Origin: an uncultured Clostridia bacterium
GTDB taxonomy: Bacteria; Bacillota; Clostridia; TANB77; CAG-508
Length of the DNA stretch: 64,000 nucleotides
Assembly: GCA_944393125.1 (NCBI GenBank)
Contig: CALXZB010000001.1
Coordinates: 315 to 64,314, forward strand
Direction of reading: 5' to 3'
The translations under genes were made by a program, and so were the position numbers. The notes under the pieces were generated by a model. That model saw only the letters and a program-made list of their open reading frames with translations, did no database searches and had not been told where the DNA came from. Positions 9,056 through 18,489 of this stretch are shown here, piece after piece. The stretch's first letter is position 1. Each line of letters opens with the position of its first letter.

Positions 9056-10219
9056 TTACATAGCTTGTCTGTATAGATTTATGAAATCTTCTTTAGAAAC
9101 TTCTCTTGGATTTCCTGGTTTACATGGGTCTTCCATTGCTTTACTAGCAAGCATTTCAAAATCTTCTTCTTTGGCTCCAACATCTCTTACAGTTTGAGTA
9201 ATTCCAACTGATTTTGAAAGTTCTGAAATCATCCATACAAAAGTATTTACAACATCTTGGTCATTAAGATGTTCCGCATCAGGTCTTCCAATTTCACATA
9301 AAATTTCTCTAAATCTTTGTGCTGTTGCTGAATCTGCTCCATTAAATCTCATAACTGTTGGAAGTAAAATTGCATTAGCAATTCCATGAGGAGTATCGTA
9401 TACAGCTCCTAATTGGTGTGCCATTGAATGCACTATTCCTAAACCTACATTTGAGAATCCCATTCCAGCAATATATTGAGCTAATCCCATCATCTCAATT
9501 GCGTATTCATCCTTTTCATTTACTGCAGATGGTAAATATTTGAATATAAGTTTTATTGCTTGCATATGAAACATATCTGACATTGTGTTATGTGCTTTTG
9601 TTATATATCCTTCTACAGCATGTGTTAATGCATCCATTCCAGTTGCAGATGCAATTGATTTTGGCATAGATGCCATTAGATCTGAATCAACAATTGCTAA
9701 TACTGGTATATCATTTGGATCTACACATACCATTTTTATTTCTCTTTCTTCATCTGTAATTACATAATTTATTGTTACTTCTGCTGCTGTTCCAGATGTT
9801 GTTGGTAAAGCAATTATTGGTAATCCTTTATTTTTAGTGTTTGATAATCCATTTAAAGATACAATATCTGCTCTATCTGGATTTGTCATAACTATAGATA
9901 TACCTTTTGCTGTATCTATACTAGATCCTCCTCCAACTGCAACTATCACATCAGCTTTTGCACGTTTACATGCTTCAATTCCATCTAATACATTTTTTAT
10001 TGTAGGATTTGGCTTTATTTCTGAATAAACTTTATAAGATATTTTTGCTTTATCTAATACTTCTGTAACTTTTGCAGTAACTCCACATTCAAGTAATGCT
10101 TTATCTGTTACTACTAATACTTTTTTAAATCCTCTCTTTTTAATTTCTTCTGGTAATTCTTCTCTTGCTCCTTTTCCAAAATATGATGTCTCATTTAAAA
10201 CAAATTTGTTTACTGACAT
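9056..10219 (-). CDS. Iron-containing alcohol dehydrogenase (FucO/DhaT-like)
   Basis: 387 aa with the GGGS.iD.aK NAD-binding motif (AVGGGSSIDTAKG) and His-rich metal ligands (DALTHAVE, HSMAHQLG..YDTPHG). Confidence 0.9.
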   Translation of the reverse strand: MSVNKFVLNETSYFGKGAREELPEEIKKRGFKKVLVVTDKALLECGVTAKVTEVLDKAKISYKVYSEIKPNPTIKNVLDGIEACKRAKADVIVAVGGGSSIDTAKGISIVMTNPDRADIVSLNGLSNTKNKGLPIIALPTTSGTAAEVTINYVITDEEREIKMVCVDPNDIPVLAIVDSDLMASMPKSIASATGMDALTHAVEGYITKAHNTMSDMFHMQAIKLIFKYLPSAVNEKDEYAIEMMGLAQYIAGMGFSNVGLGIVHSMAHQLGAVYDTPHGIANAILLPTVMRFNGADSATAQRFREILCEIGRPDAEHLNDQDVVNTFVWMISELSKSVGITQTVRDVGAKEEDFEMLASKAMEDPCKPGNPREVSKEDFINLYRQAM

Positions 10220-10280
10220 AAATTTTTCACTCCTTCTTTTGATTATATATATAAAAAGCTTTTGGCTTTGTTATATCAAA

Positions 10281-10919
10281 TTAACTATTTTCTGCATAAT
10301 TAGATGGTATTTCAAATATTGAATCATCTACTTCTTTTTCAATTTTTATTTTTACTAATTCTTGATTGACTCCTTTTATTGTTCTAACATAAACTAAATT
10401 ATCATCATTATCAAAGTAAAATCTTGTTTTAATTTCTTCTTCACTGATATTTAAAGTATTTGATAGCATAAACATTGTACTTCCAGAATATTCTTCATAT
10501 AAATATTTCTTGCCATTTATTTTTTCTGTATCAACTATAAATTCTTTATCAACAATTTCTTTTAATCCTTCAGTTAATATTGATTGTTCAACATTATTTT
10601 GTTCATATACATAATATTCTTCTCTATCATGTAATACTAGATATGTGTTATTGTCTTTTATTATGGTAGTTGTATGTGAATTTTCTGAATATTGATCTAT
10701 TATTGTTTTGCCATCCTTTTGGGCCATTATTATTTTGGTGTTTTCGTCATATTCCATTTCAAATAAGTATGTTTGACTAGAATTTAATTCATTATATAAT
10801 TTTTTTAGTCTTTCTACTCCTTTGTTATTAAGTTTTATAAAAGCATTTATTCCTAATAAAACTATTATAATGACTACTATTGCTATTATTGATACTTTTA
10901 TTTTTTTTATTCTTTTCAT
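10281..10919 (-). CDS. Hypothetical membrane-anchored/secreted protein
   Basis: N-terminal TM (IIAIVVIIIVLLGINAFI) followed by a soluble domain. AAAGGTGG RBS. No family recognised. Confidence 0.55.
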   Translation of the reverse strand: MKRIKKIKVSIIAIVVIIIVLLGINAFIKLNNKGVERLKKLYNELNSSQTYLFEMEYDENTKIIMAQKDGKTIIDQYSENSHTTTIIKDNNTYLVLHDREEYYVYEQNNVEQSILTEGLKEIVDKEFIVDTEKINGKKYLYEEYSGSTMFMLSNTLNISEEEIKTRFYFDNDDNLVYVRTIKGVNQELVKIKIEKEVDDSIFEIPSNYAENS

Positions 10920-11049
10920 ATGTTAGCCACCTTTCAAGGTCCATATTATTTTTCTAGTTTATTATACCAATAATATTTTTTATTTACAATATTTTTACAT
11001 AAAAAAATACTAATAACAAAATTTATGTATTAGTACTTTTTTATATATT

Positions 11050-11529
11050 TTACTTTTTGTTAGGTTCAACATATTCAAGTGTTCCCGGAATCATTATATC
11101 TACAAATGTGATTCCTTCTAAATGGTCTAATTCGTGACATATAGCTTGAGCAAGTAAATCTTTTGCTTTAATAACTATTTTTTTACCATCTCTATTTAAA
11201 GCTTCTGCAGTAACTTCTTTAGGTCTAACTACTTTTGCATATTGATTAGGAAAGCTAAGACAACCTTCGTCAACTTCTTGTTCTCCTTTTGTTTTAACAA
11301 TTTTAGGATTAATTAGAACTCTAGCTCCTTCTCCATCTTCAACATCTATTACTACAATTCTTTTTAAAATCCCGACTTGTACAGCTGATAGTCCAACACC
11401 ATTATTTTTATACATTGTTTCTATCATATCGTCTATTAAAGTTTGTATTTTTTCATCAATTACATCTACTTCTCTTGATTTCTTTTTTAATATTTCATCT
11501 TTTTCTAATCTTATATTACGTATTGCCAT
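11050..11529 (-). CDS. def: Peptide deformylase
   Basis: The three PDF motifs are present: GVGLSAVQVG, EGCLSFP and HELDHLEG. Confidence 0.95.
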   Translation of the reverse strand: MAIRNIRLEKDEILKKKSREVDVIDEKIQTLIDDMIETMYKNNGVGLSAVQVGILKRIVVIDVEDGEGARVLINPKIVKTKGEQEVDEGCLSFPNQYAKVVRPKEVTAEALNRDGKKIVIKAKDLLAQAICHELDHLEGITFVDIMIPGTLEYVEPNKK

Positions 11530-11549
11530 TTTAATCTTCCTTCCTTATA

Positions 11550-13799
11550 TTATGTCATGTTATTAGGATTAATATCTACTGTAATTCTTGTGTTTTTATA
11601 GTTTGTATTATATATATCTTTTAAACAATTATTAATAATGCTATTTGCTTCTTCTGTCATATTTCCTTTAATTATAATTCTCCATCTAAATCTATTCTGA
11701 ATTTTGTCTATTGGTGAAGGCATTGGTTTTAATATTATAAATTCTGACTTGTTCAAATTATTGTTTAATTCCATATATACTCTATTTGACACTTCTATAA
11801 TTTCTTCTTCTTTTAAACTATTAAACCCAATTAATATTATATCGCAAAATGGTGGATATTTCAACTGTTTTCTTAATTCAATTTCTGTGTTGTAGAATAA
11901 TTCAAAGTTTTGTTGTTGTGCACATTTTATACTAAAATTTTCAGGATTATATGTTTGTATTATAACTTTTCCTGGTAATTTTTCTCTTCCTGCTCGTCCA
12001 GCGACTTGCGTTAATATTTGAAATGTTCTCTCATTAGCTCTATAATCGTCAATATTTAAACTACTATCTGCTGCAACAACACCAACTAGAGTTACTTTTG
12101 GAAAATGATGTCCTTTAACTACCATCTGTGTACCAATTAATATATCAATTCCATCATTTTTGAATTTATTCAATATTTCTTCATGAGAGTTTTTCTTTGT
12201 TACTGTATCAACATCCATTCTTATTGTAGAAGCATTTGGAAACATTCTATTTATCTCTTGCTCTAATTTTTGTGTTCCTGTTCCAAAATATCTTATTTTT
12301 GTGCTTTTACATTTTGGGCAAATTGTTACAAGGTTTTCTTCATGTCCACAATAATGGCATTTCAATTTATTTTCTGTTTTATGGTATGTCATACTTATAT
12401 TGCAATTTTTACATTTTACAGTATACCCACATTCTCTACACATTATAAATGTTGAATAGCCTCTCCTATTTAAAAATAAAATTGTTTGTTTTTTATCTTC
12501 TAAATTCTCTTGTATTGAATCATGTAAAGCATAACTTAGCATTGATTTGTTTCCATTTGCTAATTCCATTTTTAAGTCAACAATATCAATATTAGGTAAA
12601 GTTGCACTATTAGCTCTTTTAGTTAATTTTAACAACATTATTTTATTTTGTAGCGCTTTATAATATGTTACAACATCTGGTGTTGCACTTCCTAACAATA
12701 ATGGGCAATTATTTTCTTTGGCTATTCTCTTGGCTATTTCTTTTGCATCATATTTAGGAACTGACTCTGATTTATATGAACTATCATGTTCTTCATCAAT
12801 TATAATTATTCCTATATTTTTTGCAGGTGCAAATATTGCAGATCTTGCTCCTATAATTATTTTTGCATTTCCAGATTTTATTTTATTCCATTCATCATAC
12901 CTTTCTCCTATTGATAGTTTACTATGTAAAACTGCTATTTCATTTTTATTAAAACGTGATATGAATCTGTCTATCATTTGAGGTGTTAATGATATTTCAG
13001 GAACTAATACTATAGCTGTTCTATTTAATTTTAATGCTTGTTCTATTAGTTGTAAATATATTTCTGTTTTTCCAGAACCAGTTATTCCATACAAAAGGAA
13101 TTCTTGATATTCACTCTTTTCCATATATGTATATACTTTATCAAAAGCATTTTGTTGCTCATTAGTTAACTTATAATTATTTGTTTTAGTTACAGTCTTA
13201 TTAGCTAATGGGTTCCTCTCTATCTTTTGTTCTAAAATTTCTACATAACCGTTTTTTTCTAATGTTTTTATAATAGTTCTATTAGCACCTGTAAACATTT
13301 CAATTTCTGATAGTGTAACACCTTCATTTCCTTTTAAAAATTGTAATATTTTCTTTTGTTTTTCAGACTTTATTTTTCCAATATCTAAATCAAACTGTAT
13401 TTCGTCAATTTCCTTTTTTAAATATACTACATTGATTATTTTATCTTTAACATTATTAGACTCTTTTTTGCTCTTTGTTCCTGGTGTTAACATTTGTTTA
13501 ATACAATCTGACACATTACAAAAATATCTTTTTGCCATCCATTGTGCTAATTCTATTTGATTTTCTGATAAATTATGTTTAATTTTAACTATTTCTTTTA
13601 CTTCATATTCTGAGTTTTCCTTTATTCCTACTACATATCCTTCTTCTAAAGCACTTGATTTTCCAAATGGTACTATTACAGTACTTCCTATCATTATTAG
13701 TTCTTCTAAGTCTTTTGGAATAGCATAATCAAATGTTGTATTTAATTTTTTAGCTGATCTGTTTATTACTATCTCGGCAATCATATAAAAATTAAACAT
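11550..13799 (-). CDS. priA: Primosomal protein N' (replication restart helicase PriA)
   Basis: Walker A (GITGSGKTE), DEEH box (IIIDEEHD), a Cys4 zinc-binding insert (CRECGY..CKNC...CHYCGH...CPKC) and helicase C motifs. The start could alternatively be the ATG 15 nt downstream. Confidence 0.95.
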   Translation of the reverse strand: MFNFYMIAEIVINRSAKKLNTTFDYAIPKDLEELIMIGSTVIVPFGKSSALEEGYVVGIKENSEYEVKEIVKIKHNLSENQIELAQWMAKRYFCNVSDCIKQMLTPGTKSKKESNNVKDKIINVVYLKKEIDEIQFDLDIGKIKSEKQKKILQFLKGNEGVTLSEIEMFTGANRTIIKTLEKNGYVEILEQKIERNPLANKTVTKTNNYKLTNEQQNAFDKVYTYMEKSEYQEFLLYGITGSGKTEIYLQLIEQALKLNRTAIVLVPEISLTPQMIDRFISRFNKNEIAVLHSKLSIGERYDEWNKIKSGNAKIIIGARSAIFAPAKNIGIIIIDEEHDSSYKSESVPKYDAKEIAKRIAKENNCPLLLGSATPDVVTYYKALQNKIMLLKLTKRANSATLPNIDIVDLKMELANGNKSMLSYALHDSIQENLEDKKQTILFLNRRGYSTFIMCRECGYTVKCKNCNISMTYHKTENKLKCHYCGHEENLVTICPKCKSTKIRYFGTGTQKLEQEINRMFPNASTIRMDVDTVTKKNSHEEILNKFKNDGIDILIGTQMVVKGHHFPKVTLVGVVAADSSLNIDDYRANERTFQILTQVAGRAGREKLPGKVIIQTYNPENFSIKCAQQQNFELFYNTEIELRKQLKYPPFCDIILIGFNSLKEEEIIEVSNRVYMELNNNLNKSEFIILKPMPSPIDKIQNRFRWRIIIKGNMTEEANSIINNCLKDIYNTNYKNTRITVDINPNNMT

Positions 13800-13951
13800 C
13801 CTTTCTTACATTATAAATCTTTAGTTATAATATTATCATATTTTTTTATTTTTTGCATTATATAATTTTATTTTTATTAATTTGCAATTTTATGTAAAAT
13901 ATGTTATACTTTTATAAGTACATTAGTAAAATAATTTGGAGGTTAACAATT

Positions 13952-14317
13952 ATGATTCAAAGACTCATAATAGCACTGTTTTTAGCATTAGGAGCAATAG
14001 CAGTCCTATTCCTGTCAAAAAAATTTTACCTGAAAGATACAGATGAATCCTTAATAGATGATTTGTCTGAAGACTACACTCCTGATGAAGGTGGTGATTT
14101 GCCAACAGAAATAGTTGCAGTTCCTGGGCATCACTTCTTGTATTACAGTCTTCTTAATCATGATGTTTTCACTGTTTCTTTTAGTGAAAATGGAAAAACT
14201 CTAACACCATTTATTAGTAATGGTCATTCCTGTAAAATAATTGGTGAAAAAGTTGTAGAAGTATCTCAAGAAGGAGACACTATTGCAGTTGTATTCAGTG
14301 CTAATCTTCCAGATTAA
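13952..14317 (+). CDS. Hypothetical membrane-anchored protein (121 aa)
   Basis: ATG at 13952 follows GGAGG, and the track start at 13901 lacks an RBS. N-terminal TM (LIIALFLALGAIAVLFL). It is one of the few + strand genes. Confidence 0.55.
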   Translation: MIQRLIIALFLALGAIAVLFLSKKFYLKDTDESLIDDLSEDYTPDEGGDLPTEIVAVPGHHFLYYSLLNHDVFTVSFSENGKTLTPFISNGHSCKIIGEKVVEVSQEGDTIAVVFSANLPD

Positions 14318-14356
14318 CGAGCTATGGTACAATTGTCCAAAGCAAATTGCACAAAG

Positions 14357-14390
14357 AAAGAGGGAGTCCTATTTTAGGGCACCCTCTTTT
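14357..14390. terminator. Bidirectional terminator shared by convergent genes
   Basis: An imperfect hairpin aagaggga..ccctctt with T-runs on both strands. Its right arm overlaps the last gmk codons. Confidence 0.45.
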
Positions 14391-14953
14391 AAACTATCTT
14401 CTATTCTTTTTTCATTTTCAATTATTGTCATAATAATTTGGACAATTTTCTCAAATTCGTCATTTTTCAATACATAGTCATATAAATTTATTTTAGATTC
14501 TTCGTAGTCTAATCTGCCTAATCTAACTTCTATGTCTTGAATATTATCTCCTCTTTCAATAAGTCTTCTTTTTAATTCTTCTTTTTCGACTTTAAGGAAA
14601 ATTGTAACTATTCTAGTATCATTTTTTAGAAGCTTTAAAAGATTTTCTGTTCCATTAACTTCAATATCTTTAACTATAATTTTCCCCTGACTTAGCTTTT
14701 CATTCATAAGTTCTCTAGAAGTTCCATAATAATTTCCATGATGTACATCATATTCATAGAAATCTCCTTTTTTAATTTTTTCTTCAAATTCTTCTTTAGA
14801 AATAAAATGATATTGTACTCCCTCTGTTTCACCTTGTCTAATTTGTCTTGATGTAAATGATGGAAGAGTTATTACATTATCCATTCTTTTCATTAATTCC
14901 TTTTTTATAGTATCTTTTCCAGCTCCTGACACTCCTGATAATATTACTAGCAC
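14369..14953 (-). CDS. gmk: Guanylate kinase
   Basis: P-loop SGVSGAGKDT and the GMP-binding pattern TSR..R.GE.EGV.YHF....F. GTG start with a GGAG RBS. It sits in the gmk-rpoZ neighbourhood. Confidence 0.85.
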   Translation of the reverse strand: MLVILSGVSGAGKDTIKKELMKRMDNVITLPSFTSRQIRQGETEGVQYHFISKEEFEEKIKKGDFYEYDVHHGNYYGTSRELMNEKLSQGKIIVKDIEVNGTENLLKLLKNDTRIVTIFLKVEKEELKRRLIERGDNIQDIEVRLGRLDYEESKINLYDYVLKNDEFEKIVQIIMTIIENEKRIEDSLKEGALK

Positions 14954-14958
14954 TTTTA

Positions 14959-15213
14959 TTATTCTCCTTCTTCATTATTATTTTCTTTATTTGATTCTAC
15001 ATTTTCTTCTTCAATTTCGTTTGGTTCTATAATTGTTATTTTTCCTTCTGCAATTTCATTTGCTGCAAGTGTAACAGAAGATTCTTCTTTAACTTTAGTT
15101 TTAACTTCAGCTCCATTTGAAATTTGTCTTGCTCTTTTTGAAGTTGCTATTACTAGCTCATATCTATTTTTTGCTTTTGTTAATAATTCTTGTACTGTTG
15201 GTTTTACAATCAT
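14959..15213 (-). CDS. rpoZ: DNA-directed RNA polymerase subunit omega
   Basis: The N-terminus (P.V.ELL....NRYELVIATSKRARQI) is the omega signature, followed by an acidic tail. It lies adjacent to gmk. Confidence 0.85.
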   Translation of the reverse strand: MIVKPTVQELLTKAKNRYELVIATSKRARQISNGAEVKTKVKEESSVTLAANEIAEGKITIIEPNEIEEENVESNKENNNEEGE

Positions 15214-15250
15214 TTTTTATTTCCCCCTATTAATAATAATATTATTAAAC

Positions 15251-15517
15251 CTATTCTTCTACAACAGTTTGATTTGTTGAAATATCTTTATCAACTCTTC
15301 CTGCAACTGTTTCAGGTTGTACTGCTGATAAAATTATATGCCCAGAATCCATAATTAAAACTGCTCTTGTTCTTCTACCACAAGTAGCATCAACTGCTGT
15401 TTTAGCATCTTTTGCTTCTTGAATCATTCTTTTAATTGGTGCTGACTCAGGACTTACAATTGCTACTATTTTGTTAGCAGCTATAATATTTCCAAAACCT
15501 ATATTTACTAATTGCAT
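15251..15517 (-). CDS. remA: RemA/DUF370 family regulator
   Basis: ATG at 15517 ([12 protein letters not shown]...) follows GGAAGGAAAG. The conserved core is [11 protein letters not shown]....A......DAT.GRRTRAV....SGH...SA..P.T. The length (88 aa) fits RemA. Confidence 0.85.
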   Translation of the reverse strand: MQLVNIGFGNIIAANKIVAIVSPESAPIKRMIQEAKDAKTAVDATCGRRTRAVLIMDSGHIILSAVQPETVAGRVDKDISTNQTVVEE

Positions 15518-15533
15518 AACTTCACTTTCCTTC

Positions 15534-16409
15534 CTATTCAATATTTTGAATTTGTTCTCTTATATCTTCAAGTATTGTTTTTATATCTACAACTCTATTA
15601 GTTATTTCTAAACTATTTGATTTTGATCCAATTGTGTTTGTTTCTCTATTCATTTCTTGAATTATAAAGTCCATTTTCTTTCCAGATGGTTCATCTGTTT
15701 CTATTAGGCTTCTTAGTTGTTCTATATGGCTTGATAATCTTGTTAATTCTTCTTCAATAGAACATTTATCAGCATAAATCACAACTTCTTGCATTAGCCT
15801 TGATTTATCAAGGTCATCCGTCTTTAGGATTTCTTTTATTCTTGCTTCTAATTTTACTACATATTCTTCAATAAGTCCAGTAGATAACTTTGAAATCTCT
15901 TCTTTTTTTAATTCTATTTGAGATATTTTGTCAAAAATATCTTTTGAAATCTTTTCACCTTCATTTGTTCTCATGCATATTAATTGATCTACTGCATTTT
16001 CTAGTGTTTGTAATAATTCTAATTTTATTTGTTCCTCATTGAAATCGGTTTTTACTGTTAATACTTCTGGTAATTTAGCTATTTCTGTTACTTCTATATT
16101 TGCATTTATATTTTGTTTTTCTGCTAATTCTTTAAAACTTTTTATGTAATTTTCTGCTAATTCTGTATTTATACTTATATTATTCTCGTTTTTATTATAA
16201 TTTTCAAATACAATTGAGATATCAATTTTTCCTCTTTTTAATTTAGATGAAATTAATTTTCTAACGTCTTCTTCAAGATAACTAATAACTTTAGGCATTT
16301 TTATATTTACATCTATATATCTATGATTTACTGTTTTGACTTCAACTTGATATTCTCTTGAATTAATAGATAAGTTACTCTTACCATATCCAGTCATACT
16401 TTTTATCAT
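15534..16409 (-). CDS. YicC-family stress-induced protein
   Basis: ATG at 16409 gives MIKSMTGYG, the typical family start. The C-terminal DUF1732 motif ([13 protein letters not shown]) is present. Confidence 0.85.
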   Translation of the reverse strand: MIKSMTGYGKSNLSINSREYQVEVKTVNHRYIDVNIKMPKVISYLEEDVRKLISSKLKRGKIDISIVFENYNKNENNISINTELAENYIKSFKELAEKQNINANIEVTEIAKLPEVLTVKTDFNEEQIKLELLQTLENAVDQLICMRTNEGEKISKDIFDKISQIELKKEEISKLSTGLIEEYVVKLEARIKEILKTDDLDKSRLMQEVVIYADKCSIEEELTRLSSHIEQLRSLIETDEPSGKKMDFIIQEMNRETNTIGSKSNSLEITNRVVDIKTILEDIREQIQNIE

Positions 16410-16410
16410 A

Positions 16411-16896
16411 TTATTTTCCTTCTTCAACTATTTTTTTATTTTTTCTTTTTGCTTCTTTTTTCACAGGTTCTTCTTTTACAATTTCTTTTATGTCACTTAA
16501 ATTCTTTAATTCATCATATTTCATTTTTGTATATAATATTGCACATTTTAGAATGTAATAAATTACAAATATGAATATTAATGTTTGTGTATATTTTTCT
16601 ATAGTATAACCAAATGCCTTTGGCAAATATTTTATTAGTAATGTCATTATTGCAAAAATTAAAATTTCGATTCCTATTGAAAAAATTTGAGCTTTTTCTT
16701 TTCTGTATGCTATTTCTAGTATTGTAATTGATATTATCAAAAATATTATACTAGATATGTTTATAAATTGATTTGTTTTTATAACTTGGAAATTAATAAT
16801 TTGAATATTGAAAATTCCCAAATATATTAATATTAAAATTAGACAAATAAAATTTGCTAATACAGTTTTTACTATAGGCTTTTTTATAATGTTCAT
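16411..16896 (-). CDS. Hypothetical polytopic membrane protein with Lys-rich tail
   Basis: About 4 TM helices. AAAGGAG RBS. No family recognised. Confidence 0.55.
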   Translation of the reverse strand: MNIIKKPIVKTVLANFICLILILIYLGIFNIQIINFQVIKTNQFINISSIIFLIISITILEIAYRKEKAQIFSIGIEILIFAIMTLLIKYLPKAFGYTIEKYTQTLIFIFVIYYILKCAILYTKMKYDELKNLSDIKEIVKEEPVKKEAKRKNKKIVEEGK

Positions 16897-16918
16897 TTTT
16901 TCTCCTTTGTTAGATTAT

Positions 16919-17665
16919 TTAACATTCAAATTCGTACATAATTATACTTAATATATTTAAAGCTACTGTTTCTGTTCTTAAAATTCTGTTTCCCAATGTT
17001 ACAATTTTAGCTCCTTCTTTTTGCAAGTATTTAACCTCATTTTCTTCTAATCCACCTTCTGGTCCTATTACAATTGCAATACGAATTTCCTGCTTTTTAT
17101 TTTGTTTTAATTTTTGAATTTCTTTTTTGATATTATTTTCTTTTTCATTTTCATAACATATAATAATAATATCATATTCCTTTTTTAGTTTCGAAATTTC
17201 TTCTATTTTTATTATTTTATGTATTTGTGGTATTAAATTTCTTCCTGATTGTTTCGCAGCACTTTCAGATATTTTTTGCCATCTTTCGATTTTTTTGTTT
17301 TCTGACTTTATGTCTAGTTTTACAACACATCTTTGCATTTTAACGGGAATTATTGCATTTACTCCTAGCTCTACTGATTTTTGTATTATTAACTCCATTT
17401 TTTCTGCTTTAGGCAATCCTTGAAATATATCAACTAATATTTTACTATTTGTCATTTTATTTTCACTAATAATATGATTTTTTATTTCTGCTTCATTTAT
17501 TTCAGCAATTTCACATTCAAAAGTAGTTCCTGTTTCTTGATTACATACTTCTAGTTTATCTCCTATTTTTTTTCTTAGAACATTTTTGATATGATTAACA
17601 TCTTCGCCTATTATTGTTATTTCATTTTCATTTATTTGTTCTGTCTTTACAAAAAATCTTGGCAT
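16919..17665 (-). CDS. rsmE: 16S rRNA (uracil1498-N3)-methyltransferase RsmE
   Basis: The start is MPRFFV. The C-terminal SPOUT motifs GPEGG..E.E and LG.RILR.ET are present. Confidence 0.9.
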   Translation of the reverse strand: MPRFFVKTEQINENEITIIGEDVNHIKNVLRKKIGDKLEVCNQETGTTFECEIAEINEAEIKNHIISENKMTNSKILVDIFQGLPKAEKMELIIQKSVELGVNAIIPVKMQRCVVKLDIKSENKKIERWQKISESAAKQSGRNLIPQIHKIIKIEEISKLKKEYDIIIICYENEKENNIKKEIQKLKQNKKQEIRIAIVIGPEGGLEENEVKYLQKEGAKIVTLGNRILRTETVALNILSIIMYEFEC

Positions 17666-17785
17666 TGCATTCTCCTTTAATGTATATATTATATTATATT
17701 CTTTTTAAAATTTCAATAGAAAAAGAGCAAATAAAAGAAATAACCCTTTAGCTATTTATAGCTTAATGGGTCATTTCTTGATTCT

Positions 17786-18478
17786 TTAATCACATATAGC
17801 TTTTAACATATCAATTTCTTCTACATCATTTGTTGTAAGAATTATTATTTTGCTTCCTTCTGTTTCAAAGATTTCACAAATCTGATATAAATCCATATCT
17901 TTAAAAGGATATTCTACTATCTCCCCTGTCATATCGTCTCTTATGTAACAAGTACCTTTTATATCTATTACTGTCAAGGTTTCAGAATTTATGATTTCTT
18001 CCAATTTCAAACTATATTCATTTGAACTTTCTTCTATCTTTACTAAATATCCATCTTCATCAATTTTAAAGTTTTCAATTTTACATTTTTCTAATATCTG
18101 TAAAAATTTTTCTCTAGATGTTTCAGAAATCCAAATACCTTTATGGAAGTTAGACAAATCTAATTTTTCTATATCTTGTTCTGTAGGTTCACCATTTTTT
18201 AGTATTCCTGCTAATACAGTTTTATATTGTGCATCTGGTTTTATTACTAATATTTCTCTACCATCATATTCTTTTTGAACTTCATATAGATCTTCATCAG
18301 CTGTTGCACCTATTTCCTGTTTTATTTCTTCTACTGTCTTATCTGTATTTTCTGAATTGTCTTCTTCAATAATTAGGTCTTCTACTTTTTTTGATGAATT
18401 TTTCTTATATATAATAATCGTTGTACACAATAATACTATTAATATACAGCTTATTAAAAATAATATTTTTTTATTCAT
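17786..18478 (-). CDS. Hypothetical membrane-anchored protein
   Basis: N-terminal TM followed by an acidic soluble domain. GAAAGG RBS. No family recognised. Confidence 0.55.
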   Translation of the reverse strand: MNKKILFLISCILIVLLCTTIIIYKKNSSKKVEDLIIEEDNSENTDKTVEEIKQEIGATADEDLYEVQKEYDGREILVIKPDAQYKTVLAGILKNGEPTEQDIEKLDLSNFHKGIWISETSREKFLQILEKCKIENFKIDEDGYLVKIEESSNEYSLKLEEIINSETLTVIDIKGTCYIRDDMTGEIVEYPFKDMDLYQICEIFETEGSKIIILTTNDVEEIDMLKAICD

Positions 18479-18489
18479 ATTTTACCTTT